NCBI GenBank assembly: GCA_051294905.1
Contig: CM119372.1
Location: 496,001 to 560,000, forward strand
Direction of reading: 5' to 3'
From: Botryllus schlosseri
Lineage: Eukaryota
Length of the DNA stretch: 64,000 bases
Part shown: positions 11,683 to 25,175 of the stretch, piece by piece
Layout: each line of letters begins with the position of its first letter
How positions within the stretch are numbered: the first letter of the stretch is position 1
Notes under the pieces: model-generated
Database searches by the model: none
What the model saw: the letters and a program-made list of their open reading frames with translations, nothing else
Told to the model about the DNA's origin: nothing
Translations under genes and position numbers: made by a program

Positions 11683-14126
11683 CAGCCACGGGGTGATTAC
11701 TTCATGAATGTAATCGATTGCGATTACGATTACTTCTGAATGACGCGATTACGATTACGATTACGATCACAGCAAAATCAGGAAGTACTCGATTACGATT
11801 ACGATTACATTGGAAAAGTAATCACGATTACTCACGATTACATTTATTTTGCATCTTAGAAGTTATATTGGAAGACAATATATGGATTGCGCTGAAAAGG
11901 CCTGATGAGATAACAGACTTCCTTTAAAAAGATGCGTCATTTTCTTGTTACGTCATAATGTACCAATTGCCCATTTTTATAAAGGACGATTTATCGCACC
12001 CAACGATTTACATTTTTGCCAGATCCATGACTGCCGCACCCCAAATTTCCCAATAGGGTGGGAACGAGCACGAACTGTACTCAAAAGTATTTCGTAAACC
12101 AACATAACTTATAGAGTATTTTCGAGAGATTTAATTAAGTTGAAAATTCTCTCTACATAGCTTGATTTTGAAATGCATATGTCTCCCTTTCAAGAAAGAA
12201 AGCATCATACATAATTTATAGTAGTGTAGTATTTAAAACAAATAGTTGTTTAAAACACTCTGTTTGAAACATGTTTTAAACAGTGTTTTAAACAAAGGCA
12301 TTCAAAAAACCTAAATTGTGTTTTTTTAAGTAGCAAAATTATGCCATAATTGTGTAAATACTTTCCAAAAAACATTTTGTATGAGCCTACGGACAATTAC
12401 CACCCGATTTAGCCGACGTACATCGATGTGGGATTGTTGGAACCCTCAAAATAGTCTGTTCAGCAGTTATACTACAGATATTTCGTCAAAGGAACTATAT
12501 TGACCAATGTATTTTCAATTGTCAATGTCAATCCACTATGACGTCCCGAATGAATATTCGTGACGTCATGGCTTAACAAAACATGTTTTAAGCAAGGGCC
12601 TTGTTTCATACATGTTTGCTTTAAATTGCTTTTTGTTTTAAATGCAACCCTAATTTATAGTAATTTTAGGCATTTACGTTCCAGCAGTCAATATCGTGCC
12701 ACGACACACCAAAATACACATTCAGTTTCGACCAACACGCGACTTAACGAAGTGTGCTACTAAAGAAAGAACTAGGGCGAAACTTAGGGTATGTGTCCAT
12801 TGTCAATAGCCGCGCTGGGTGGGAGTGACTAATCGTCAGATCCTTCCAATCTGAGCCCACTATGCAGATGCCACCAGGGCACGCACAGAGCATTAAAGAC
12901 ATGACAATTTGTGTGTGCGTCTCACAAAAGTTTTTCTTTCAGTCTGCTACGTTCGGCATACAACAATATCTGTTGATTATGTAACAGACCGGAGGTCACG
13001 AATTAACAACATACATTAAAGTAATATAAACAAGATACCAGATATTATAATTATGAATTAAGTGCCCCCAGCTCTACAGGTAAATCTCACCATCGGGTGC
13101 TGAGAGATGATTAAAAATTAATAGTAATATAATGCAATTACCAATATTATTGACGAAATTCAGTCTTCAACTCTAAAATACCACCCTATGGGGGCCAAAG
13201 ACCAACGTTTGGAATGGCGGACGAATTGTTGTTTTGGCACTGATTCTATAGCTACAGCCCACGCTAACATGGTATACAAGCTCATGGCTATGGCGGCGGG
13301 GCCCAATGTTGAGTAAGAATTGTGAAATAACGATTGGCGCCCGTTTCAAGTAGAGTCATATGAGAATAAGATGCAGAGAACATAAAATTCTGTCTTCAAC
13401 TTGTTGCAGATAATGTGCTCCAAGCTGCCATTACGAGAAACTAAAAAAACGGCTCGGTTATGATATATATCAGCAGCTGTTGATTTTTAATGCTTCGTTG
13501 TGGAAACCGTTATGTTTTATTTGACGAGTACAAAATTTCAAATCTTTGTCCCTTGTACGTACGTACTACATAGGCCTACTGCTCGCCAAGCTGCAACGGT
13601 CAAACTGCGTTTATCTATGCATAACCAAACATCAATACGCAAGTTACCATTTTAAACTAGGCAGAGTGGTGATTAATTATCCTGCTGCGAGGTAGTGGTG
13701 TGTGGAACGCGTTGATAACCTGATAAACATGACGGTGGGTGTTCATACAATCACACTAATGTACGTACATTCGTACATCGAATATCTATTTACTGTGGAC
13801 ACTTCTTACGCAATGACGAGCAAAGCTAATAGGCTACTTTTGACGTAATAATGAGCAGTGGCGTTTGAAAATCACATGTTTGTGCCATCACCAAACTGGT
13901 ATCCATGTTCACGAATGTTCATTGTTCAGTTTATGTCATAGTCCTTGTACAAATATAAAGTAATCGTTCTTTAACAGAGAAATCGATTAGATATGGGAAG
14001 TAGTCGATTACGATTACGATTACTTCGGAATTTTTTCGAATGTAATCGATTGCGATTACGATTACTTGAAAATGCTGTAATCGTCGTAATCGATTACGAT
14101 TACTAATCGCGATTACCCCATGTCTG
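11683..14126. mobile_element. hAT-type non-autonomous element with (GATTAC)n subterminal arrays
   Basis: Termini CAGCCACGGGGT / ACCCCATGTCTG; perfect 8-bp TSD CTCCCCAC. Its right part recurs, split by insertions, at ~2340-2789, 4637-4882 and 10178-10399. Confidence 0.8.
12222..12652. mobile_element. MITE with (AAAACA/TGTTTT)n subterminal arrays
   Basis: TAGTGTAGTATTTAAAACA ... TGTTTTAAATGCAACCCTA; 8-bp TSD ATTTATAG. Confidence 0.7.
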
Positions 14127-14164
14127 CTCCCCACTATGATGTTGTGACATCACCAAAAGTGAAG

Positions 14165-15110
14165 TAGAGTCACCAAAAAATCGTGACTCGAGTCGAGTCA
14201 TGAGTCGAGCGACATAAAGTTCTACGAGATTAAAAAAATCGAGGAGTCTGCACTTTTATTCACACCCAAAGGGTGGTCCTCGAAAAGATAACCTAATCAG
14301 AATCCCATCACGGCTATAAATCCCACGTTCCTACGTGTAAGCATCATTTGGATTAAAATGTTGTGGTGTAAGTCTGAGTTAGATTATGGTTTCGTTTATA
14401 AGGGGTGTATATATTCACACCCTCACATCACGGGGGCACACTGGTGTGAATACACGCTATTTTCGACAAGAGTGCAGACTCCTCGATTTTTTTAATCTTG
14501 TTAAACATTACGTCGCTCTACTCATGACTCGATTCGAGTCCAATTCTAGTCACGATTTTATGGTGACTCGGCTTGACCCGATTCATTTTTTCAAATGCAT
14601 AACATAACTCTACTCGACTCGAGTCAATTTGGGTATTGACTCTACTTGCACTCGAGTGATTGTGCATGACTCGAATCAAGTCATATGACTCGATACTAGG
14701 ACTGCTAAGACAAACATTTCATTGTAACTTCGAAGAATAGTAAAGTCACCACATGATTGGTATTTCGTCTATCAGTCCTTCTACTCGGAAAATAGGGCCA
14801 GAATCTGTTAGGACTGAGGAAAATGACGATATTATGAATGCGAGCCGTTCTATATCACTCGAGCAGAGTTGAAAAAGGGGGTTTGAACCGGATTGAACTC
14901 GAAACTGAACAGTGAACACGGTGAGTTGGACTCGGACTCGAGTCACTTCACTATGACTTGGACTCGACCCTCTACTAATTGACTTGGACTCGGACTCGAG
15001 TCACTACACTATGACTTGGACTCGACCCTCCACTAATTGACTTGAACTCGGACTTGACTCGAGTCAAAACTATAAGACTGACTATGACTTGTGACTTGGT
15101 TACCACCGTG
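14165..15110. mobile_element. MITE with (GACTC/GAGTC)n arrays, containing a nested palindromic MITE at ~14224-14501
   Basis: GACTCGAGTC arrays shared with 2170-2340, 37091-37625 and ~63600-63710. The nested element has a ~30-bp TIR, GAGATTAAAAAAATCGAGGAGTCTGCACT. Confidence 0.65.
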
Positions 15111-16304
15111 GTAGTCAAAAAAAATATGAATCACAAAAAACAACCAACCGAAATCTGTGTAAGGGATTTCAAGTTAAATCATGACGTAGTGTGTCGACAG
15201 TCGGTTGATCACAAATTTCATTTATAGGGCACAGTTCAGCTACAAAAATTCATTGAAAATAACCGTTGACCAATAATGCTAATTTACCGGATTGCTGATC
15301 TCAAATAATATAGTGATACGGTTCTATAGAACCGGTGAGAACCATCACCTGGATCTGACAACTGGTCAAAGGGGGTCAAAGTAGTCATCGTCAAGTAGAA
15401 GTAGAAAATCTACTTGAAGCACTTCAAAAAGGAGAAATACTCGTTACTGACCACCCATGCAACTGTTTTACGGTCAAATTGAGCAAAATCGTCTTCGCAT
15501 TCCCAAGAGATTTTCCTCCCCTGCCCGCAGGTTAAGGTAAACAACTTGTGTAACTGACGACAAATAACGGTTATATCAAACACCTATATAGGCTTCCGTT
15601 AAATGTTACAAAAATTACGCGATACTGCATCGGAGGAGACCTCATTCATATCTATAAATTTTACTTGACCGAAAAACTATTTCAAAAAACACCAATATAA
15701 AGATATGACGACACTGATGTGATTCGCCGTGACGTCATAACCGTAAGTTTAAGTAGCAAGAACGGTCTGGCGAACTTGTAACATCGAACATATGGAAAAT
15801 AAGCGCAATGTGCTATTTTCAGATGATACATGAATTCCTGTTGGTGGATTTCGACAAAAGTCGACTTGAAGGCATTTTTCTGCTTCGATTATTCGAATGT
15901 TGACGCCGTCATATCAGGTGATGTACGATTGTTGATATGCAAAGTTCTTTCCAATTCTGCTGAAGATTGCACCTGACGAGTGTCGGCCGAAAATATTCTG
16001 GTTTATTTCAACATTAATATATTATTCAACTCTCATTGATTTTGGCCACGATGACCTCCCTCGCGCCATCAGTTCAAATGGAATAAAGCTCATCTCATGC
16101 TGTGAACTTGCTATAACTTCCAATCTTTTCATTGTATGGCAATCTTATGGAGGTTTTAAAAGGATAAAATAATTGAAACTCAAGTCATCCAAGAAATTAT
16201 ACCTAACCAAGATGAATATTTCTATAGATACTGTTGCGACCTTTCTTTCTGTATCATAACGTGGAAACATTTCACGAAACGCATCGTGGGCGCAACTTGA
16301 TCCG

Positions 16305-16310
16305 TTTATT
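16305..16310 (-). terminator. Polyadenylation signal of the peptide gene
   Basis: AATAAA on the minus strand about 70 nt after the stop codon. Confidence 0.6.
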
Positions 16311-16378
16311 GAATCCGAATAAAATGATAGAAAATTACGCTACGAAATTTCGTCCTGTGTTACAATTCCCTTCTTCGC

Positions 16379-17549
16379 TCAGCGACTCTCTGAAATATAA
16401 AAAAAAAATCGCGATGAGAAAACGTTTACTCAAACAATAATACATCATTCGTGCCTCCCGGACATATATACCTGCGAAATCTCGGAGCATCTCCGCGTCG
16501 AAATCTGCGAATTGCTCGAGGTCGGCGAGTTCTTTTTCGATTTCCTGCAGATGAGAAAACATGACCTTTAACGAATCCGGAAATGATAAAACTAGCGTTC
16601 ACTTGGATTAGGGATAGGAATTTTATTAAAAGGTTTGCGTTCACACGATCCAGAACCTTTCAAGGGTTGGTTATATTAAACATAGTTGGTCTACTCCATA
16701 GAACATTGTAAACGACATTAGGTGCATTCATTATTGGATAAATACACAACATTCCACTTGTGGATTTCAAGTGTAGCCGGGTCCGACTCAGTTCTCTGTA
16801 ATAGTAAAAATCTTAAAAGTTCAATAATACGACCACGTCTAAATTACGGTCGACTTTACGATTGTACTCACTTCATCGCCATAGTGATGCACCTTTCCGT
16901 AGTTGACAACGTAGCCCCTGAGGAGATTCCTGAACGGAAAAGAAATTAGACAGAATGTGTCGGACTTGGTATTGGGGTTGAAACCCCTCTCATTTCAAAC
17001 TTGTATTAGAGTTGATGTGAAAAACTTATGCGATTCCGATAAATTATTAGTTGATGAGTTGCTACGGAATTGAATCGAGTTATACTTCTGTTTTAGTTAG
17101 TTTCATATTTAAAAGACCGTTAGTTCTATAGTCCTAGTTGCTAGTTTTGAAAAGTGAGTAGTGCTAGTTCTAGTTGTGAAATTTGAAAAGTGAGTATAGT
17201 TCTAGTGCTAGTTACTAGTTTTGGAAAGTGTGGTTCTAGCTCTAGTTTTAATCGCTCACTGTAAAAATTCATTAGTAGTAGTAGGCCTAAGCTTGTATAA
17301 TTTAGAAAATCTAGGCCTACAAGTCTATAAGAGTCCAGACAATCGGGGCATCCTATCGATTTCTCACCTAAGATTCGTGGCGTACGTTCTGATGATCTTA
17401 TTGTACGCCTTGATCTGTACGGCGTACGTGTTGAATGGAGCCACCCACGCGGACATAGTGTAGGCGTTGTAGGTCGCAGGCTTGTAGACAGCCTCCGCCG
17501 GAACCCAAACCGCCACGAGGGCTAGGAGAAGCACGAGCGATATCCTCAT
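16379..17549 (-). CDS. Secreted 107-aa prepropeptide (signal peptide, Tyr-rich cationic peptide, acidic tail); candidate styelin/clavanin-type host-defence peptide
   Basis: Coding exons 17549-17368, 16929-16872, 16544-16472 and 16389-16379, all GT-AG, phases 2/0/1 consistent. Translation: MRISLVLLLALVAVWVPAEA-VYKPATYNAYTMSAWVAPFNTYAVQIKAYNKIIRTYATNLRNLLRGYVVNYGKVHHY-G-DEEIEKELADLEQFADFDAEMLRDFAESR*. AATAAA at 16310-16305. The last acceptor could shift by 2-4 nt (tandem AGs). Confidence 0.8.
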
Positions 17550-19882
17550 ATCTGCAAGACAACGACTGACACTCTGAAGCCAGTTGGCAGCTTCTCAAAG
17601 TAGAAATCCAGGGATGGATTGAACTAAGCAATCACTAGTCGTGGCGTTATAACAGCAGTATGAAAAGTGTGGCAAGTTCAACTATGCATCTTCTCTGCAA
17701 CCGCAATGAATATTATGCCAGTTCTTCATTACATTAAAAATGCTGTGGTATTTTTTTCGATCATGCTCATTTCATTAACATTTACTGGCAATGCGTAGCT
17801 TTGTACTACATGTTCCGTAGGCTGCGATACGACCAATCGAGGTTTTGTGGCTTACACATTGTAAAATAGTATCGAAAATACGTATAATTCTCGTTCATAA
17901 ATCAACTCTTAGTCACTATAGGAGCGTATCATTACAGGGCTCGAAAAAAAATCATGTCTACCTACTCTTCTCGAATCATTAAAATTAATAGGCCTACACG
18001 ATTACCATTTGAATACTCAAATTATTGTGCTCCAGTAATAATACAGTATGATTGAAACTTCACAGCTATTATCGTACTCTGTAGCTGTCATGGTTTGCAA
18101 CATGACAGAAGGTCTTCAGCAATGCAACTAGGACCTGGATGCAATTATCTTTGCCACAGTGGCAGCGTCCTCATCGTAAGGCCGTCTTGATACGTCAAGT
18201 CCCGCGAAGGCTAAAAAATCAACCCTCGGCTTTTCGACACCTCGATATTTTTGAAAATTTGAGTCACTACGTATATATGCTACCGTTGTATACCACTGTG
18301 GACTACAAATACAAATTAGAGAGCACTTTCACATGCGACGTGACATCATGTCCACTATAACCTTTACTGTAGCCAGAAAACGTAATGTGGAACAAAATAG
18401 CTCTTTTGTCTATAGGCCTACTTCCTTGCTACTGAAATCCGTATTCTATCCAATATTTTATCGTAAATCCTCTCACCTTATTATCGAAATTTGCGCCCTA
18501 CAAGTGCGGACCTTCTGGATAACTGAGTTGCGCTCGATGAGTGTAAAAGTGAGTCGATGAATTGCCGCCAGATGGGGCGTAATGACATCCGCTGTTTATG
18601 TTTGGGATTCATCGGATATAGCCGTTTTCATTTGCGGAAGCGACTTTCAGCGCAATTAAGTTCTTGGGGAAATGAGTTTAAACGCGCATGCGGTTTCTGT
18701 TACAGTGTTTACGACTTTTGACACGAAGTTAACGATTTTGATTTTGCGACACACCGACGCGACCAATCCTACCATAGCCTTCACAAAGGCTACGATTGGA
18801 TATAGTTATATAAAGGCGGCCTGGTTGCAAAGAATCTAACAAGGTGCCAGTAGAGGTTGGCATTGAATTCGTAAGCATCGAGTGCACTGTGGCTGTCTAT
18901 GATCGAAAGACTACACAAACTCGTTCCGCCTCCAGCCTATCTTTTCATATTATTGCAATCTTGTTGTGTCTTGAAGTGATAAAAATGAGCTGAACTGAAC
19001 ATTTCTTATCTTACAGCTGGTCTGCCAATATTCTACGTTCAGTATCAGTATCAATATCTAATTGTCATTTCAAAATCCACAAGACTGCGATCTAATCAGA
19101 AGAAGAAATAGAAAGGTGTCGAAACGTTTTGGAGTAGTCTTTGAAATCAGATACCCACCAGGGCCAGCTAGACGATTGTTGCACAATATGTGTATCAATT
19201 TTCGACAAAATTCATCTTTATGTCAATACTGAGAAATTTCGAAGGCATCATGCGTCTATAGAGACTGTAGGCAGAGGTGGTCAGTAACGAAGTACGTCTA
19301 CTTTTTCGAAGTACTCAAGTAGTTTTCCTCTACTTCTGGTACTTACTCAAGTAGATCTGATTTTCGCTACTTCTACTTCTACTTCATAATATTTTGTGAT
19401 CTACTTACTTACTTTTCGCTATTTCCAGCTTGTCAAGTAGAAGTAGTTCAATCTTCCAATCAGGAAGATAGCCTGAGGATTTTCGGGGCTGTTTTCATGG
19501 AGTATCAACATTAAATTTTCATAAAAGTTGAGTAAAGTCCAGAATTTTCGTCGCGCTTCGCGCGTAGTGCTGGATACGGAGTGACCAGTATGATTTCACG
19601 AAAGTATCGGCGAATGTAATTTAGGTAGAGGATTGACGTGGTTCCGTCCACACCACATTGTCACCCTTCGTCCATATCAAATAATTCATCACAGTATATA
19701 TGGCTCATCATAACGTTTGAAACTGATGTTTCACAATCCAGCATTTACTTGTCATATCGTAATCTAGCATGTCCATGGCGTGTCCAAATCTGGAAAAGTG
19801 GAGTCTAACTGTTTTTTCAGTTTTAGAGCTGTTTTAGCATACCACCTTTGAAACTTTCTGGATTAAAAACATGAAATACATG

Positions 19883-20275
19883 TCATCATCATCATCATTG
19901 GTTTATTAGCAATTTTATCAGTTCAATACACCACAAAAATGCGATACAATGAAAAGACAGGAAGATGTCGAAGCGACAAGGAGTAGTCTATGGAATCTGA
20001 CACCCACCTTGGCCTAGGCGATGTAAAGAGCATGCACACTGAATGAAGGTAAAGAAGATAGTATAGAAAAAGAATGCGACAAGAAATAGGGCGGCATGTC
20101 ATGGGAAGCGAGATCGATAGGTCAGTCGTGGTCCGGTAATCTTGAGGATGGACTGTATTTATTTAGTAGTAATTGCTTGTATTTCGACTTGAATGTGGAC
20201 ATGCTCGTCGACTGTCGGATGGCCGGCGGGATACTGTTCCACACATCAGGTCCGGCATATTTGATGGATATTTGA
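19883..20275 (-). mobile_element. LINE (L2/Crack-like) 3' end fragment
   Basis: Reverse complement of ~32015-32670 without the SINE; AATAAA plus (ATG)n tail. Confidence 0.8.
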
Positions 20276-20644
20276 TGTTCTGCTTTTAGAAGTAGTATTT
20301 ATATTTCACTTTCAATTCCCAGTATAATATACTTTGAGTTATAATTACTATCAGTTCTTTTGTCTGGATAACGTACATGCTGAAGAATATAAGCAAGTGT
20401 AGTAATGACTTTAATTTCTGGAAATAAAGCTACACAATATGGAATTTTTACGGTCCACGATATTTTTTATTCAAGTTTACTAATCGCGTAACGTGTTTAC
20501 ACCGTATCCTATACAACTTCTCCGTATTGCTCTTCGACTAAACTACGGGCCTTATAATATGGGGAATGACGCCATACCATGATATTTTCTAAAACGTGCT
20601 GTTCGAGAAAACAGAGGATTAGCATCGCATTTCAATATCAATAC

Positions 20645-22107
20645 CAGAGTTGGATCAATTACATTATTTCAGTTCAATTACAATTACAATTACTTTCATG
20701 CATGTTTCAATTACATTACAATTACAATTACGTCATGCTAAAAATATCAAATTACAATTACAATTACAATTACTCCTTGCATGCTTCAATTACATTACAA
20801 TTACAATTATAATTGCTGCTGTTGAACATGTAATTGAATAATCATAAATTCAACCGTGCTCCTTGACAACCGTAGCGTCGTAATTAACAACAATTCAAGT
20901 ATTCATGTTTCATTCATGATGCACAAATACCCGTTAATTAATAAAAAGAAAAAACGTTTTCGAACTATTCCAGTATGCAGTATGTCGTTGAAAAAAGTAT
21001 TATAATATATGCACGTGTTGGATTTGCGTATATAGTATATAATTAAAGAAATATTATTATTTTTATCGAGGGACGTAGGAATTAGGATGAGGAGTAAAAA
21101 CAAAACCGTGCTTTGTCAGATAAGACGTTATATAATATCCAGTGGTCTGGTTAGTTAGCCAGACGAATTAACGATGCAGCATCGTGATCTGAAATCGTAT
21201 TGTAGATTGCCAACCCACGGATAGATGCGCAAGATGTGAGTCACGGATGAATGCACCGACAAACGTACTGCAGAGCCGGCGAAAAGCAGCAAACTTTGTA
21301 GTCCTAGAGCTGGCGATCCAAGCGTCCAAATTTGATGCATCTGGTCTTTATCGTAAGCTATTGATGCACTAATTCCGAAAATACAAATTAAAATCTCGTC
21401 AGGGCAATGTAACTGCTCCAAAATAGCCGTTTAAGGCCGACTGTTCTGAAAAGTGAGAGCGCCGCAGCACCATGACCACAACAATGACCAATTACGCCCA
21501 GCGATTGTTCAGAACAATGCCGATTCCCTGACTTGACTTTCACGACTATTTTGGGATGGTACCATTGCCTGGAAATATACTTTTATTGCGGAATCAGTGC
21601 GATTAGGACCATACATATCAAATTTCGACGCTTGGATCGCCAGCAATTGGACTATCAATTCTGCTGCTTTTAGCCGGCTCAGCAGTTCGCTTCTCGGCGT
21701 ATTCAATCGTGAGTCATGTGTTGCGAATCCATCCGTTGGTTAGTAATCTAATAATTGTATACAATGGCAGCCGAGGCCAGCATAGCGGTAAAAATAAAAA
21801 ACTTCGCCTGCAAGGGCGCAGTCAAGGGCTTCCGCGAATGGATCCATCAAATTCCTTGTCGACATTTTCCTTGTCGACATTTAAAGAGAATGCATTATAA
21901 GTCAATTATTTTATGTTGTGCTTGTCAGGTCTGAATAGCAATTTAATGTAATTAAATTGTAATTGAGCAAAATTTTTGTCAAATTACAATTACAATTACA
22001 ATTACACAAAATGAAAATGCTTCAATTACAATTACATTACAATTACATTGAGAAATGTAATTAATTACATTCAATTACAATTACAAATTACAATTGATCC
22101 AACTCTG
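20645..22107. mobile_element. hAT-type MITE with (CAATTA)n arrays
   Basis: TIR CAGAGTTGGATCAATT / AATTGATCCAACTCTG; perfect 8-bp TSD ATCAATAC; single-copy empty site in the E paralogue at ~50047-50054. Confidence 0.88.
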
Positions 22108-22952
22108 ATCAATACTATCATTTTCATGCCATGATGTGGACGATTGCTATCGAAAATTGGATACCTGCTGCCAGTGGCGGCTCGTCCTATAGGGCAACTG
22201 GGGCATTGCCCCACCTAAAATTCTGTTCAATAACAATTTAACCATTTATAGACGCACAGCGCTCAATATATACCGAGATCACAGCGAAACCCGCGTTCTT
22301 CTTGTGCTTTCGCTTGCAAATGCCCATACATAGCGAAGTCTCTGCGAAAATCGAATTCTCTTCTGTGTTTTCGCTTTGTGAATGCCTAGCCGGGGCTTGC
22401 CCCGGTAGCGCTCATAACAAGCTTTCACTATCTATTCTCTCAAAGCCGCGCACAATTAAGAAACGGTGATATACTCTCTCCTATTCGTAAAATGGCCGAG
22501 CAACCGGGGCATATATGCCTGTCGCCCCTAAGGTGTGATGTAACAATCGTATCTATGTCTGAACTCGGATACCGTGATATGCGTTGAGTCGACCTTTGCT
22601 GGTATAGGTCGATTTTGATGGTGTTTCACACCATGATAATTCTTGAAACTTGGTATGTCATGTCGTGATGGTGGTATTTAACACTGTCCTAAGTTTCAGG
22701 GTTTCTACTCAAAGTTTAGGGTAGTAATTCCGTTTCCAAAGTCGAGTGTGTGCTGATCCGTCATGTATCGCAAACATATTTCACGCAAAGCCGGTATTGG
22801 TCTCCATTAATTTTAACGATGCTCCTTAGCTAGATCCGTCATGAGCTTTTACATGGTATGCAGTGGCGTAGCAGCCACCTGGCGGTTCTGGCTCTGCGCC
22901 AGGGGCGGCAGGCTTCAAGGGGGCGGCAAAATGAGGCTGCACACTGCACAGT

Positions 22953-23187
22953 GAGAGAGATGCCTACATCATCGTGATGGTTTGAAGACGGAGATGCGAT
23001 AAGGACTTTATAGTAAGGTCATCTAGTCTGCACCCCGTTTTTTTTCTCCTCCGTGATTGCTGGGCGTCTAGCGGGATAACCGCGGATACCAGTTTTCGAG
23101 TCTTCGGTCTGACCCGGCCGGGGATCGGGCCCACAACCTACCGATCAAGAAGCCGGACGCATGACCATTACACTATCTCGCGCGGCG
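22953..23187 (-). mobile_element. tRNA-derived SINE
   Basis: Reverse-complement copy of the SINE at 32030-32300; absent from family C copy 2. Confidence 0.8.
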
Positions 23188-23725
23188 TGTAGACAGCCGG
23201 CTAAAAGAAGAGTGCTTGGTAGTCCTATAGCTGGCGTCCCGTCAGCTAAAATTTAATCAAACAGGTCTCAATCGAAAGCTAGTGTCGCGCTGATTCCGAA
23301 AACACGAATTAATATGTTAACATGGCGATGGAATCACTCCGAAATAGCCGTCACGGCCGATTGTTCGGAGAGTTCGCAGAAAAAGGAGAATGTCTGGCGA
23401 ACAAACAGAAGATGCTGGCCTCAGTGTTGTTGAAGAATTTAGACGATGCATGTTTCAAGCACAGGACAGATTTAAACTTGAAGCTGAAACTAGGTTTACC
23501 GGCATTCACCACATAAATGATATATTTGGATTTTCGAATTCCCACGCGCTGCTGCAAAGCGAAAGTCACAATTTATTCACCAGCGCTTTTAGAAGCACTT
23601 ATGACGACGAGGTGGACTTTTTGGAGTTAGCTGCGAAAATTGTCATGCCTTATACCTCGAATTAGGGATCATATAAAGCAGAAGATTGCTAGCTTTTCGT
23701 ACAAACTAATATGAGGCCTCTAGGA

Positions 23726-24045
23726 CAGGGGTTCTCAACCTGGGGGGCGCGCCCCCGTTGGAGGGGGGCGTGCAAGCATCTTAAGAGGAGGCGCGAAGAA
23801 TCGGTCAAATGAATTTTTTTCGCGCTATGCGCGATTTACCTCCAATTCACGCGTGTTTCTCTATATATAGACCCAGTTTCTTATTTTTGAATTCTCTCAT
23901 CAACAGTCATAACCTTCCATGCCATCAAACAATCTGTCAGGGTTGCTAGCATCCCGGTTGGATCTTGTAATATGACGATACGAGGGCGCGGAATTTTTCA
24001 CTATCCTAAAGAGGGGCGTGTCTAAAAAAAAGTTGCGAACCACTG
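23726..24045. mobile_element. hAT (Charlie-type) MITE
   Basis: CAGGGGTTCTCAACCT ... AGTTGCGAACCACTG; 8-bp TSD CTCTAGGA. Confidence 0.85.
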
Positions 24046-25175
24046 CTCTAGGAATAACACAAATTAAGTTATAATCATATGAAGTTGTTCAACTTGGGAT
24101 TTTAAAAGGGTTAAGAGGCTGGTGCGGAGCAGTGAAACCACGTTTGATCGTAGTGCAACAACGTTTGATGTTTTACAGTGGTTGTTTAATGCAAAGCTAC
24201 TTGATTCGACACCGTATTTATGCTCGTGTCTGAAACTTTATCTGAACATTGGTGTTTCAACTGCGAGCTGTGTGAGGAGCTTCTCAAAGCTCAAACTGAT
24301 CAAGTCTTATATAATTAGTTCTATCATGATTCATGAATAATGATCGGCTATCAGCTCCATCCATTCTGTCTGTAGAAAGAGACTACGTTCAAAAACTTGA
24401 ATTTGAGGATATTATCGCTGCTTTTGCTTTGAGGCGGCCATTGATTTTCTATTTGTACAATACATTCGTTCGCTATTTCTTGTTTTTATTATTTTTGGCG
24501 TCATTAACGTCGAGACGGTGAAGCTGAGAAGCGGCATATTATTTGTAATTATTCCTATTGACAAGATTACTTGAACATCAATCTATGTCGAAATTTGATG
24601 CGGTCTACCTAGGGGGCGGCATTTTCAAGAGAGCCAGGGGCGGCAGCACATGCTGCTACGCCAGTGATGGTATGTCTTGATTTTAGTATCGAACGCTGTG
24701 CCAAGTCTCAAGGTTGGCACTCAATGATTAGGGCAGCAATTTCGTTATCAAGTTCGAGTATGGTAGAGATGTGCGCTGATCTGACACTTAGCCTACCTAA
24801 CGCATTGCGGATTTCACGCAAAAGCCGGTGTATCTGTGTTCCATACTGAGATAGGTGATGAGATGATGATATCATGAAACAGTTTACTAACATCCTCGGT
24901 TTGCATTCAAATATTTAGTTTTATTTTATATTCTCCAATGTCAATTTCACCGTGGAATGGTGGCCTTCGGGCCATTTGCTCACAATTACAACCCCTGTCA
25001 AGCGCGATAGCTGTTTCGTTTTCGATGGCGGCTAACAGCTTATCGCTTGATCAGCCTATTCCTCAGTATATTTTACGCAAAATTCGGCGTTGATCAATTC
25101 GTATTAATTTTGACAGTGTACCATACCGAAAACGGTCATGAGGCTACTTCTCGATGATTTCATGTAACATTGTAC

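Larger units (their letters stand above)
22861..24666 (+). mobile_element. hAT element family C, copy 1 (C-terminal dimerisation-domain remnant)
   Basis: TIR CAGTGGCGTAGCAGC / GCTGCTACGCCAGTG; perfect TSD ATGGTATG; empty site at ~7666. Remnant VSTASCVRSFSKLKLIKSY...DRLS..SILSVER at 24122-24521. Confidence 0.9.

Noticed and set aside
12797..12892. HDV-like ribozyme candidate on the minus strand (TCAGAT/ATCTGA hairpin followed by CGATTA)
   Set aside because: P1 has only ~4 bp and P3/P1.1 are unconvincing by eye; it would need an RNArobo or Infernal hit.
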